Of a stretch of DNA of 30,886 nt, positions 9,883-19,862 are shown in pieces. Within the stretch, counting starts at the first letter, position 1; the number at the start of each line of letters is the position of its first letter. The DNA is from Gemmatimonadota bacterium. GTDB taxonomy: Bacteria > Gemmatimonadota > Gemmatimonadetes > Longimicrobiales > Gaopeijiaceae. The translations under genes were made by a program, and so were the position numbers. The DNA lies in contig JBDHHQ010000052.1 in assembly GCA_039589315.1 (NCBI GenBank), positions 1 to 30,886 of the forward strand. Direction: 5' to 3'. The notes under the pieces were generated by a model. The model worked only from the letters and a program-made list of their open reading frames with translations. It was not told the DNA's origin and made no database searches.

Positions 9883-10056
9883 CTAGTTGCCGGAGCCGGG
9901 CGAGTGGTTCTGTGAGCCAGGCGAGTGGTTCTGTGAGCCAGGCGAATGACAGAGCGGATCGCTGGAATCACAGGGACCCGTGACAGAGCTGCACCCAGCC
10001 ATGCCGAGTCCCAGCATCAATGCCGCGGCGGCGAGAAGGAGACGTGCCCGTCGCAT
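9883..10056 (-). CDS. 57-aa secreted/lipoprotein precursor with three C-terminal HSPGS(Q/G)N repeats
   Basis: MRRARLLLAAAALMLGLGMAGC-SSVTGPCDSSDPLC-HSPGSQN-HSPGSQN-HSPGSGN*. GAGGGG RBS shortly before the ATG at 10056; basic-hydrophobic-lipobox signal. Confidence 0.8.
   Translation of the reverse strand: MRRARLLLAAAALMLGLGMAGCSSVTGPCDSSDPLCHSPGSQNHSPGSQNHSPGSGN
9886..9948 (-). repeat. 3 x 21-bp in-frame tandem repeat
   Basis: Minus strand: CATTCGCCTGGCTCACAGAAC / CACTCGCCTGGCTCACAGAAC / CACTCGCCCGGCTCCGGCAAC; copies 1 and 2 are 20/21 identical. Confidence 0.95.
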
Positions 10057-10195
10057 TGAGACCCCTCGTGTTGGTGTGAGCGTCGCTGGGGGACACCAAT
10101 AGCGTCGACCATTCCCCCTACATTTGTGAATGTCGGCCGGGCCGTGTGTGCCTGTGCAATCATTTATGGGCCAGGGTATATCTTTTTCGAAGGTC

Positions 10196-11002
10196 ATGAC
10201 CCTTATCGCTACGTTTTGCCGCGACGCCCCGGTCGCTGATCGCCTCGTCGAGGCTCTGAGACCCTGGCACGAGGTGGCCGAGGGGGGCTCTTGGCACGGG
10301 TTCCGCCGTATGGTGAGAGAGCGGCCCGCATCCGTGGCGGTGGTGGACGTGGACGCGGTCGGCCGCCTGCCGTCCGGGCGCGACGCGTTGGGGGAGATTC
10401 GCTCCTCGTACCCGCGGCTGGGGCTGGTGCTGCTCGTGCGCCAGACCCGCGACGCGGTGGCGTTGTTCGATCTCGGTCGGGTTGGAGTGCGGAACCTGGT
10501 CTTCATCAACGTGGACGGCCTGGAGCACCAGATCGTGCGGGCCGTGGCGCGGGCCGGCGAGAACGGGGCGACCGCCGTGGTGACGCGCACGCTGAGCGCA
10601 CACCTGTCGCGGCGGGAGCTCTTGACGGTGCATCGCGCGATGGACAGCGTGCACCGACGGTGGGACGCCGACGCGTTCGCGGAATCGGTGGATCTGAGCC
10701 GCCCGTTCCTGTCGGAGGTCCTCAAGGCCCGAGGACTTCCGTCAGTCGGCCACCTCCTTCTCTGGACCCGCCTGCTCCACGCAGGCCTCTGGCTCTCGGA
10801 GCCCGGCAGGACCGGGGAGAGCGTGTCTCGACAGCTGGAGTACTCCAGCGGCGCCGCCTTTCGGCGTGCGCTGAAGCACTACACCGGCGCCACCCCCACA
10901 CAGGTCGTGGAGCGGGGCGGGCTCGACTTCGTGCTGTCTTGTTTCTTGAGGGCTTGCCGTCTCGGGCCGCGGGGGGAACGGGCCTCGCTCACCGTGGCGT
11001 GA
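10196..11002 (+). CDS. AraC-family transcriptional regulator with receiver-like N-terminal domain
   Basis: C-terminal AraC signature (ESVSRQLEYSSGAAFRRALKHYTGATPTQV); N-terminal beta/alpha REC-like fold (VAVVDV...LVLLV). Start at ATG 10196. Confidence 0.85.
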   Translation: MTLIATFCRDAPVADRLVEALRPWHEVAEGGSWHGFRRMVRERPASVAVVDVDAVGRLPSGRDALGEIRSSYPRLGLVLLVRQTRDAVALFDLGRVGVRNLVFINVDGLEHQIVRAVARAGENGATAVVTRTLSAHLSRRELLTVHRAMDSVHRRWDADAFAESVDLSRPFLSEVLKARGLPSVGHLLLWTRLLHAGLWLSEPGRTGESVSRQLEYSSGAAFRRALKHYTGATPTQVVERGGLDFVLSCFLRACRLGPRGERASLTVA

Positions 11003-12749
11003 CGGGGTCGGCCGTGGAGCGCCGGAACTCCGCCAGGCGGATACCGATCCGGTCCTCCAGGTTCTTGGCGCGCCAGGTGGACGGCACGTCATTGGCGAGG
11101 ATGCTGAAGGCGATCCGCTCGCCCGAAGCGGATCGGACGACTCCCGAGAGGGCCGACACCCGGGCGATCGTGCCCGTCTTGGCTCTGAGGTTTCCTGCCG
11201 CGGAGCTGCGGTACATGCGAGGCAGCTCACGGCGGTTCCCGGCCTCCGGCAGCGTCTCCCAGAAGGGGTCCCAGAGCTCCGAATCGGCCATGTAGGCGAG
11301 CACCTCGACGAACAGGCTGGCGCTCGCACGGTTCTCCGCCGAGAGGCCCGAACCGTCGACCTGCTCGAAGACCCCGGTGTGGGTGCGGACGGCGTTGGCC
11401 AGGAATCGGCGCGTGGCTTCGACTCCTCCCTCGAAGGACGCGTCGCCCACGACCGTCGCGCCCAGGACCCGCAGAACGGACTCGGCATAGAGGTTGTGGC
11501 TCTGCTTGTTCACCACCTCCAGGATCCGGCTCAACGGAGGCGAGCGGTGCTCCGCCAGGACCCGGGGTGCGGTCCTAGACTCAAAACCCGGGCCCCAGAC
11601 GGCTCGGTCCACGAGGACCGAGTCATCGGGATCGCCCGCGCTCCGGACCCCGCCGTTAACTCGGATGCCCTCCTCCTCCAGCACCTGGCGAAAGATGGTG
11701 GCCGCGTAGTGGGGAGGATCCGACACGGTGATCTCCCGCCACACGTCGCGGCTGCCGAGTGAAATCTCACCGACGACCCGGATCGGCTCTCCGTGAGACT
11801 CCCGGACGATCGCCAGGCGGCGCGAACGATCGGGGACGGAAGCCACCGTGCGAGCCGCGTTGTCGATGAGCACTCCGGCGCCCGCGGGGAGGGTCTGGAT
11901 CCGCGGAGGCGCGCCTACCCAGCCCGCGGCCTCCACCCTCAGCGCGATCATGTTCTCGTTGAAGGAGAGCGCGGACACGGGAGCGGCGAACCACTCGCTC
12001 AGATCGGTGGGGTCCCAGGTGGCTTCGACGGCCGGCCCCCGGAAGTAGGTGCCGTCGCCGACCAGATCGCCGGCGATCCTTTCGATGCCGGCTTCTCGCA
12101 GCTGCGCTGCCAGGGACCGAAACACGTCGGTCTCACTCGGATAGAAGCGGTCCGAAAGAGCCGGGTCCCCGGTTCCGTAGAGAACGAGGTCGCCCTGGAG
12201 GACACCGGCCTCGGTGGGGCCGTCCGCCAGCACGTAGGTCGGGTAGCGGAAGTCGGGGCCCAGGTAGTGGAGGGCCGCGGCCGTGGTGACGAGCTTGACG
12301 TTCGAGGCGGGCGTCAGTGCTTCATGGGCGTCTCGCGCATACAGTGTGTCTCCCCGGTCGAGGGAGATGGCGAGAACGCTCCACCGCGCTCTGCTCCACC
12401 GAGCCCCTCTCAGCACAGCGTCGATGGACCTGCGCAGCGCGTCCACCTCGGGGTCGGGAGCGGCGAGCCCGGCGGTCAGCGCCACGGCCGGGGCGTCGGT
12501 CGGAGCGGCCTCTTCGCGACCTCGCGCCGGAGAGGCCAGCGCAGCGTCGGGCGCCCCGACCCCGGCTCGGGGGAAACGAGGACGAGGGGTCACGGTGACC
12601 GGCTCCGGCCCTGCCACGGTTTCGGAAGCGTCGCCTTGCGACGCGGCAGGGATCGCTGCCAGGACCACGCCTACCGAAAGAACGCTGACCGCCGTCCCGA
12701 AGACGACGCCGCGGCGCCGTGGCCGGGCAACGGCAGGCGTGCCCGTCAT
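10989..12749 (-). CDS. dacB: D-Ala-D-Ala carboxypeptidase/endopeptidase PBP4 (peptidase S13)
   Basis: PASNVK (SxxK), KQSHN (SxN), AKTGT (KTG), DGSGLS. ATG 12749 overlaps the upstream TGA (ATGA coupling). Confidence 0.95.
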   Translation of the reverse strand: MTGTPAVARPRRRGVVFGTAVSVLSVGVVLAAIPAASQGDASETVAGPEPVTVTPRPRFPRAGVGAPDAALASPARGREEAAPTDAPAVALTAGLAAPDPEVDALRRSIDAVLRGARWSRARWSVLAISLDRGDTLYARDAHEALTPASNVKLVTTAAALHYLGPDFRYPTYVLADGPTEAGVLQGDLVLYGTGDPALSDRFYPSETDVFRSLAAQLREAGIERIAGDLVGDGTYFRGPAVEATWDPTDLSEWFAAPVSALSFNENMIALRVEAAGWVGAPPRIQTLPAGAGVLIDNAARTVASVPDRSRRLAIVRESHGEPIRVVGEISLGSRDVWREITVSDPPHYAATIFRQVLEEEGIRVNGGVRSAGDPDDSVLVDRAVWGPGFESRTAPRVLAEHRSPPLSRILEVVNKQSHNLYAESVLRVLGATVVGDASFEGGVEATRRFLANAVRTHTGVFEQVDGSGLSAENRASASLFVEVLAYMADSELWDPFWETLPEAGNRRELPRMYRSSAAGNLRAKTGTIARVSALSGVVRSASGERIAFSILANDVPSTWRAKNLEDRIGIRLAEFRRSTADPVTPR

Positions 12750-14296
12750 CCGGCCGCCGAGACGGAAGAGGCCCACGCCGCGCCGAGCCCGGCCAGGGGG
12801 TCCTGGCCGGGGAGGGGCAGAATCACACCCGGGTTCAGAATGCCCTCGGGGTCGAGGGCGGACTTCACGCGGCGGAATGCCTCGACCGCGGGGGCGCCCC
12901 AGATGCGGTCCAGCAGGGGTGCGCGCAGCCGCCCGTCGCCGTGCTCACCCGTCAGCGTCCCGCCCAGGCGGGCCACCAGGTCGGTGGTGGCGTCCAGCAC
13001 GTGCCGGACGCGCATCGGCCAGTCCGGATCTCCGGCCGGCACGAGCGGGTTCACGTGGACGTTGCCGTCGCCCGCGTGGCCGAAGATGACCGCGTCCATC
13101 TCCGCCGACGCCAGAATGGCCTCCACGCCGCGAACGTAGTCCGTGAGCCGGTCCGGTGGCACGACCGAGTCTTCGATGAACTGTGCCGAGCGGAGTCCGC
13201 GCTCGGCCGCGGCAGCGACCGCCGGGCTGGCGCCGTGACGCAATGCCCAGAGCGCTGCCTGACCGGCCCCGTCTCGGGCGGCGAAGAACTCCGCGCCGAG
13301 CTCACGTGCCAGGGCGAGGAGCGCATCCAGCCCGTGGGCGGTCTGCTCCGGGGTTCCCTCCAGCTCGACCAGGAGCAGTGCCCGGGCGCTCCCCGGTAGG
13401 GGCGATCCGCTCTCATGGCTGCGCGTGAGCTCGATGAAACGACGGCCGAAGAACTCACACGCCGCGGCCTTCAAGGCCGCGGCACGTCGACAGACCGCCG
13501 CCACGTGCTCCAGCTCCCTGACGCCCAGCAACGCCACGGCCCGGTCCGGGGGTAGGAGCGCGAGGCGGAGGTTCGCCTCGGTGACGATCGCCAGGGTGCC
13601 TTCGCTGCCGATCACCAGCTGGCGAGAGTCTGCCTGCGGGAGGAAGCGGTCCAGGGCATACCCCGACGAGTTCTTGCGGACCCGGGGCCACCCTGCCCGG
13701 AGCGCAGGCCACCCCGCCGACAGCGACCGGTGCAAGCCGTCGAAGGGGCTCGGGAGGGGGGCCTCGCCACCGACCTCGACGACCTGGCCGTCGGAGAGTA
13801 CCACCGAGCATCCTTCCACCCAGTCGCGTACCGCACCGTAGCCGAATGTCCGGGCTCCGGCCGCATTGTTGGCGACGACCCCGCCGACCGTGCAGCGGTG
13901 GGCGCTCGAAGGTCGGGGTGGGAAGAACAGCCCGAGCTTCCGGGCGGCTTCGTCGACGCGCGCGAGGATCACGCCGGCTCCGACCCGCACGGTCCTGGTC
14001 TCCGGGTCCACCGGTCCCAGCCCATCGAAGTGACGCGTCAGATCCACCGCGACGCCGTGCCCGACGTTCCCGCCCGGCATGCCAGTTCCCGCGCCTCGGG
14101 ACACGAGCGGCACACCCGATTCGTGAGACCAGGTCGTCAGGAGCGAAACGTCCGCCGCACTCCGGGGGACCGCGACCGCTCGGGGACGAAGGGCAATGGG
14201 TCCGGCAGCGGTGGAGAAGGCGCGCCGGGCAGCCGGGTCCGTGCGAAAGGCACCGACAAAGGCCGAGGGCGGACGGAGACCGGCGCCGGAGGGCAT
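12746..14296 (-). CDS. FAD-binding oxidoreductase (GlcD/D-2-hydroxyacid dehydrogenase family)
   Basis: RGAGTGMPGG, CTVGGVVANNAAG, GSEGTLAIVTE, GHAGDGNVH, TGEHGDG, DPEGILNPG. Start at ATG 14296. Confidence 0.9.
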   Translation of the reverse strand: MPSGAGLRPPSAFVGAFRTDPAARRAFSTAAGPIALRPRAVAVPRSAADVSLLTTWSHESGVPLVSRGAGTGMPGGNVGHGVAVDLTRHFDGLGPVDPETRTVRVGAGVILARVDEAARKLGLFFPPRPSSAHRCTVGGVVANNAAGARTFGYGAVRDWVEGCSVVLSDGQVVEVGGEAPLPSPFDGLHRSLSAGWPALRAGWPRVRKNSSGYALDRFLPQADSRQLVIGSEGTLAIVTEANLRLALLPPDRAVALLGVRELEHVAAVCRRAAALKAAACEFFGRRFIELTRSHESGSPLPGSARALLLVELEGTPEQTAHGLDALLALARELGAEFFAARDGAGQAALWALRHGASPAVAAAAERGLRSAQFIEDSVVPPDRLTDYVRGVEAILASAEMDAVIFGHAGDGNVHVNPLVPAGDPDWPMRVRHVLDATTDLVARLGGTLTGEHGDGRLRAPLLDRIWGAPAVEAFRRVKSALDPEGILNPGVILPLPGQDPLAGLGAAWASSVSAAG

Positions 14297-14331
14297 GGGC
14301 TCAGGGAAAGCCGGGGCTCCAGCCGCCCGCG

Positions 14332-14799
14332 CTAGGCCTGGGCGATCTCCGATGGCGGGGAGGGCGTACCGCAGTCGGAGCAATAGCCCAGGAGCTCGAG
14401 GCGGTAGCCGGTGACGCTGAAGCCCGCCGCGTCTCGACGCATGCGCGTGAGCGGGCCGTCCGGCAATGTGCCCGGTAGGTCGATGACCCGGTCGCAGCGG
14501 AGGCAGCGTGCGTGATGGTGCGGATCCGTGCGCCCGTCGTACCGGGCGGAGCCGTCGCCGTAGGTCAGCTTGGCGGCCAAGCCACAACCGACCAGGGTCT
14601 CGAGGCTCTTGTACACTGTGGCCAAGGAGATGCCGGGCACTTCGCCCCGCACGGCCAGGAAGACTTCGTCCGCGGTGGGATGGGACGTGGTATCGGTGAG
14701 AAAGCGATACACGGCCGCACGCTGCTCCGTGAAGCGCTGCCCGTTGGCCTCCAGGGCCTGGCGCAGGATCTGGTCGCTCGATATGTGCTTTTCTGCCAT
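14332..14799 (-). CDS. Fur-family regulator, PerR-like
   Basis: RFTEQR, HPTADEV, ISLATVYKSL, RYD...HHHARCLRC...VID, GYCSDC. Asp in VID matches the PerR-type ligand position. Start at 14799 (or 14820). Confidence 0.9.
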   Translation of the reverse strand: MAEKHISSDQILRQALEANGQRFTEQRAAVYRFLTDTTSHPTADEVFLAVRGEVPGISLATVYKSLETLVGCGLAAKLTYGDGSARYDGRTDPHHHARCLRCDRVIDLPGTLPDGPLTRMRRDAAGFSVTGYRLELLGYCSDCGTPSPPSEIAQA

Positions 14800-14867
14800 C
14801 TTCCGTGGGTCCACGTCCATCAGTGGGGCGCGGACACGCCGCTCTGGGGTGCAGTTGAACACCGGAA

Positions 14868-14913
14868 AACCTAAGCGAGCTTTCGCCGAAGTGTCAACAA
14901 CGATTCTCATTAG
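14868..14913 (-). promoter_or_regulatory. Sigma70 promoter of the fur/perR gene with adjacent Fur-box-like operator
   Basis: Minus strand TTGACA (14897-14892), 18 nt, TAGGTT (14873-14868). Immediately upstream is AATGAGAATCGTT (14911-14899), 11/13 match to the Fur core AATGATAATCATT. Confidence 0.7.
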
Positions 14914-14931
14914 AAAGAGGACGGGGGAGTG

Positions 14932-15525
14932 ATGGCCGAGGCAGGAGGGTCGCCGCGGTCCGGCGAACCCATTCTCACGCTGGAGCCTCTCCTCGACGTC
15001 GTCAGGGAGACGGTCGAAGCCGTGGGGTGGACCCTCTCCGGCGTACAGAAGACCACCAGCTACGAGTACGAGGGCCGGTGGGCCGGGGAGACGACCCGAA
15101 GCGCCTACCTCTTCTTCCATCCCGGCGACAGCGTGCGGGCGAATATCGAGCTGGACACCCTGAGCCTCGACGTCTTCCTGGACGAGACCCGCAAGGGCAT
15201 GGCCGGCAACCTCGCTCTCGTGATCGAGGGGCCCAGCCTCGAGGCGCTCGGCACGGTGGCGCGAGGCCTCGAGCGCCTCGCCGAGGTGGCTCGTGACTCG
15301 GTGCCGGCGGGTTTGAGGTCGCCCATCTCGGCACGGGCGAGCCTGGGAGACCCCAACCGTTCGGTGGGCGCAGCGCAGTGTGTCTTCCGGTTCAAGGTCC
15401 GCATACCCAAGACGGCCATGGACGCAGGCCCTCGGGCCGTGGCCGCGGTCGTGCGGTCATCGCTGGCCGCCTACGGGGATGCCCTCGTCCATCCCGTCAT
15501 GGCGGAGCTCGGCCCGGGGGAGTAG
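14932..15525 (+). CDS. Hypothetical protein
   Basis: About 197 aa with host-like codon usage, GGGGAG RBS, fills the gap divergent from fur; no family recognised. Confidence 0.7.
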   Translation: MAEAGGSPRSGEPILTLEPLLDVVRETVEAVGWTLSGVQKTTSYEYEGRWAGETTRSAYLFFHPGDSVRANIELDTLSLDVFLDETRKGMAGNLALVIEGPSLEALGTVARGLERLAEVARDSVPAGLRSPISARASLGDPNRSVGAAQCVFRFKVRIPKTAMDAGPRAVAAVVRSSLAAYGDALVHPVMAELGPGE

Positions 15526-15588
15526 CGGGCCGGACTCGCGGAGGTCTCTCACACGACTCGGCGACGCAGCTCGCTGGGCCGGGATCGC

Positions 15589-15618
15589 TTGCCGGCCGAA
15601 GGCGCCCTCCCTTACTCT
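15589..15618 (+). promoter_or_regulatory. Putative sigma70 promoter of acs
   Basis: TTGCCG (15589-15594), 18 nt, TACTCT (15613-15618). Confidence 0.45.
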
Positions 15619-15689
15619 GACCGCCGACTCGGAGCGGGATGCCGGCAGGCTCCCGCGTTGATCCACGAACCGCGAATCTGGGAGAGGGC

Positions 15690-17648
<1,959 letters not shown>

Positions 17649-17657
17649 GGAGCCAAC

Positions 17658-18041
17658 ATGCACGACGTTCTCCGCGCCCGTCTCCTCCGGAAGATCGAAT
17701 CCCTGCCGGAGGACCAGATCTACCAGGTGCTCGACTACATCGAGTTCCTGGAGTCGAAGTACACCCCGGACATGACCGAGGAGGCCTCCGGGCTGCAGCG
17801 GTTCGCGGAACGCCTGGAGGACCGTCTGCGGCGAAGGACGGTGAGCCCGGCCAATATCCGCGAGGCGTTCCAGCTCATCGCGGCGGCGGACCGGGCCCTC
17901 TCCTCCGTGTCCCAGGCGGGAAAGCAGATCATGAGCGATCTCGGCGTGATCGAGGGGGAGGAGGCCCGAAAGGAACCCTCCGAACGGGAGGGGGATCGTC
18001 GGCCCCACGGCCCCGCGGGGGAGGGGGAATCCCAGGGTTGA
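17658..18041 (+). CDS. Small helical hypothetical protein
   Basis: GAGGAG RBS, 9 nt after the acs stop; N-terminus IESLPEDQIYQVLDYIEFLESKY resembles DUF2281-type helical hairpins. Confidence 0.75.
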   Translation: MHDVLRARLLRKIESLPEDQIYQVLDYIEFLESKYTPDMTEEASGLQRFAERLEDRLRRRTVSPANIREAFQLIAAADRALSSVSQAGKQIMSDLGVIEGEEARKEPSEREGDRRPHGPAGEGESQG

Positions 18042-18067
18042 CACCCCTCCGTGGGCTCGGATAAGAT
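18038..18067 (+). promoter_or_regulatory. Sigma70 promoter of guaB
   Basis: TTGACA (18038-18043), 18 nt, TAAGAT (18062-18067), overlapping the upstream stop codon. Confidence 0.7.
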
Positions 18068-18160
18068 GGCCCATGGAAAGACCGCTTACGCCCGTGACCC
18101 GACGCTCGAACGCGTTGGGTGGCGGGCGTCTTGCATAGATCCCGACTGACGAGAGAGACC

Positions 18161-19639
18161 ATGAGCCAGCCGGCCGGCCGGCGGAACGCCATCATCGGCG
18201 AAGCCCTCACCTTCGACGATGTCCTGCTCGTGCCCGGACATTCGACCGTCCACCCCAAGGACACGGACGTCCAATCGTTCCTCACGCCGAGCATCCCGCT
18301 CCAGATCCCGCTGCTCACCGCGGCCATGGACACGGTCACCGAATCCCGCATGGCGATCGCCATGGCCAGGGAGGGGGGGATGGGGATCATCCACAAGAAT
18401 CTGACCATCGACCAGCAGGCCCAGGAGGTGGACCGGGTCAAGCGTTCCGAGAGCGGCATGATCCTCGATCCCATCACGCTGGGGCCGGACCGCACCCTGC
18501 GGGACGCCCACGTGCTGATGGCTCGCTTCTCGATCAGCGGCGTCCCCATCGTGGAGGAGGATGGGACGCTGGTGGGTATCGTCACCAATCGGGACCTCCA
18601 GTTCGAGGCGGATCTCGACCAATCCCTCCAGGCGGTCATGACGTCCAAGAGCCTGGTGACGGCGCCGGAAGGCACGACGCTCCAACAGGCGGAGCGCATT
18701 CTCCACGAGCACCGCATCGAGAAGCTCCCGGTCGTGGACGGGGGCGGTCGGCTCCGGGGCCTCATCACGGTCAAGGACATCTTCAAACGGCGTCAGCATC
18801 CCAGCGCCTGCAAGGACGACCACGGGCGGCTGCGGGTCGGGGCGGCGGTAGGCGCCTCGCCGGGCGATCTCGATCGGGCGCGAGCCCTGGTCGAAGCCGG
18901 CACCGACGCCCTGATCGTGGATACGTCCCACGGCCACGCGGACGGCGTGCTCAAGGCAGTGGCCCGGACCCGGGAGGCATTTCCGGACGCGCAGCTGATC
19001 GCCGGGAACATCGGCACGGCCGACGGCGCTCGGGCTCTCGCGGAACGCGGCGTCGACGCTGTGAAAGTAGGCGTAGGGCCCGGCTCCATCTGCACGACCC
19101 GCGTCGTCACCGGCGTGGGCCTGCCCCAGCTCACGGCCATCATGGACGCGGTGGACGGCGTGCGCTCGGACGTATGCGTGATCGCCGACGGTGGCATCCG
19201 CTACTCCGGCGACATCGTGAAGGCGCTGGCCGCAGGCGCGCACTCGGTCATGATGGGCTCCATGTTCGCTGGCACCGAGGAGTCGCCCGGAGAGTCCTTC
19301 CTGCTGGAGGGGCGGCGCTTCAAGACCGTGCGCGGCATGGGCTCCCTGTCGGCCATGGCCGACGGATCGGCGGACCGCTACTTCCAGGATCCGACCGAGG
19401 AGAATCAGAAGCTGGTCCCGGAAGGCGTTGAAGCCCGGGTGCCCTACAAGGGACCCATGGCCGACCAGGTGTTCCAGCTGGTCGGCGGGCTCCGGAGCGG
19501 CATGGGCCTCGTAGGAGCCGGCACGTTGAGCGAGCTTCGTGACGTGGCCCGTTTCCTCAGGGTGACGCCCGGGGGCCTCCGGGAGTCCCACCCCCACGAC
19601 GTCGTGATCACGCGAGAAGCGCCCAACTACCACCTGTGA
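18161..19639 (+). CDS. guaB: IMP dehydrogenase
   Basis: [22 protein letters not shown] pair, catalytic [29 protein letters not shown]. Confidence 0.98.
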   Translation: MSQPAGRRNAIIGEALTFDDVLLVPGHSTVHPKDTDVQSFLTPSIPLQIPLLTAAMDTVTESRMAIAMAREGGMGIIHKNLTIDQQAQEVDRVKRSESGMILDPITLGPDRTLRDAHVLMARFSISGVPIVEEDGTLVGIVTNRDLQFEADLDQSLQAVMTSKSLVTAPEGTTLQQAERILHEHRIEKLPVVDGGGRLRGLITVKDIFKRRQHPSACKDDHGRLRVGAAVGASPGDLDRARALVEAGTDALIVDTSHGHADGVLKAVARTREAFPDAQLIAGNIGTADGARALAERGVDAVKVGVGPGSICTTRVVTGVGLPQLTAIMDAVDGVRSDVCVIADGGIRYSGDIVKALAAGAHSVMMGSMFAGTEESPGESFLLEGRRFKTVRGMGSLSAMADGSADRYFQDPTEENQKLVPEGVEARVPYKGPMADQVFQLVGGLRSGMGLVGAGTLSELRDVARFLRVTPGGLRESHPHDVVITREAPNYHL

Positions 19640-19862
19640 GCCGGGTAGCGCCGCCCCTTCGGGCTCCGCCCTGCCCCTCCTGCGGCGGGTATCGATCCGC
19701 CTTGGCTCCGCTATCGTCGCCCGCCGATGCTGCCGATGTCAGGGGACACCCCCCGGTCGCGCCTGTTCTTGTCCTCGGGCCACACCGACCGCATAGTCGG
19801 CTGGCCACGAGGCCTGCGGCCAGCGCGCGAGTTCCAACAGCAAACCCGGCCAACGAGCCTTC

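Noticed and set aside
9886..9948. 21-bp repeats as a mini CRISPR array
   Set aside because: Repeats are contiguous with no spacers, in frame within a coding sequence, and no cas genes are present.
9886..9948. Resemblance of HSPGSQN to the RNA polymerase II CTD heptad (YSPTSPS) as a kinase substrate
   Set aside because: Only superficial, and the peptide is predicted to be exported away from cytoplasmic kinases.
10155..10173. Sigma54 promoter for the peptide gene (TGGCCC...TTGCA, minus strand)
   Set aside because: Spacing is 8 nt rather than the strict 5 nt between the -24 and -12 elements.
10057..10725. Upstream 223 codons of the 280-aa ORF 9883-10725
   Set aside because: Antisense to araC. 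The RBS and signal peptide place the real start at 10056.
15526..15689. Glycine riboswitch (GCCGAAGGCGC)
   Set aside because: The flanking GGAGA and CTCTCAGG elements are not in place, and the motif sits in a promoter spacer.
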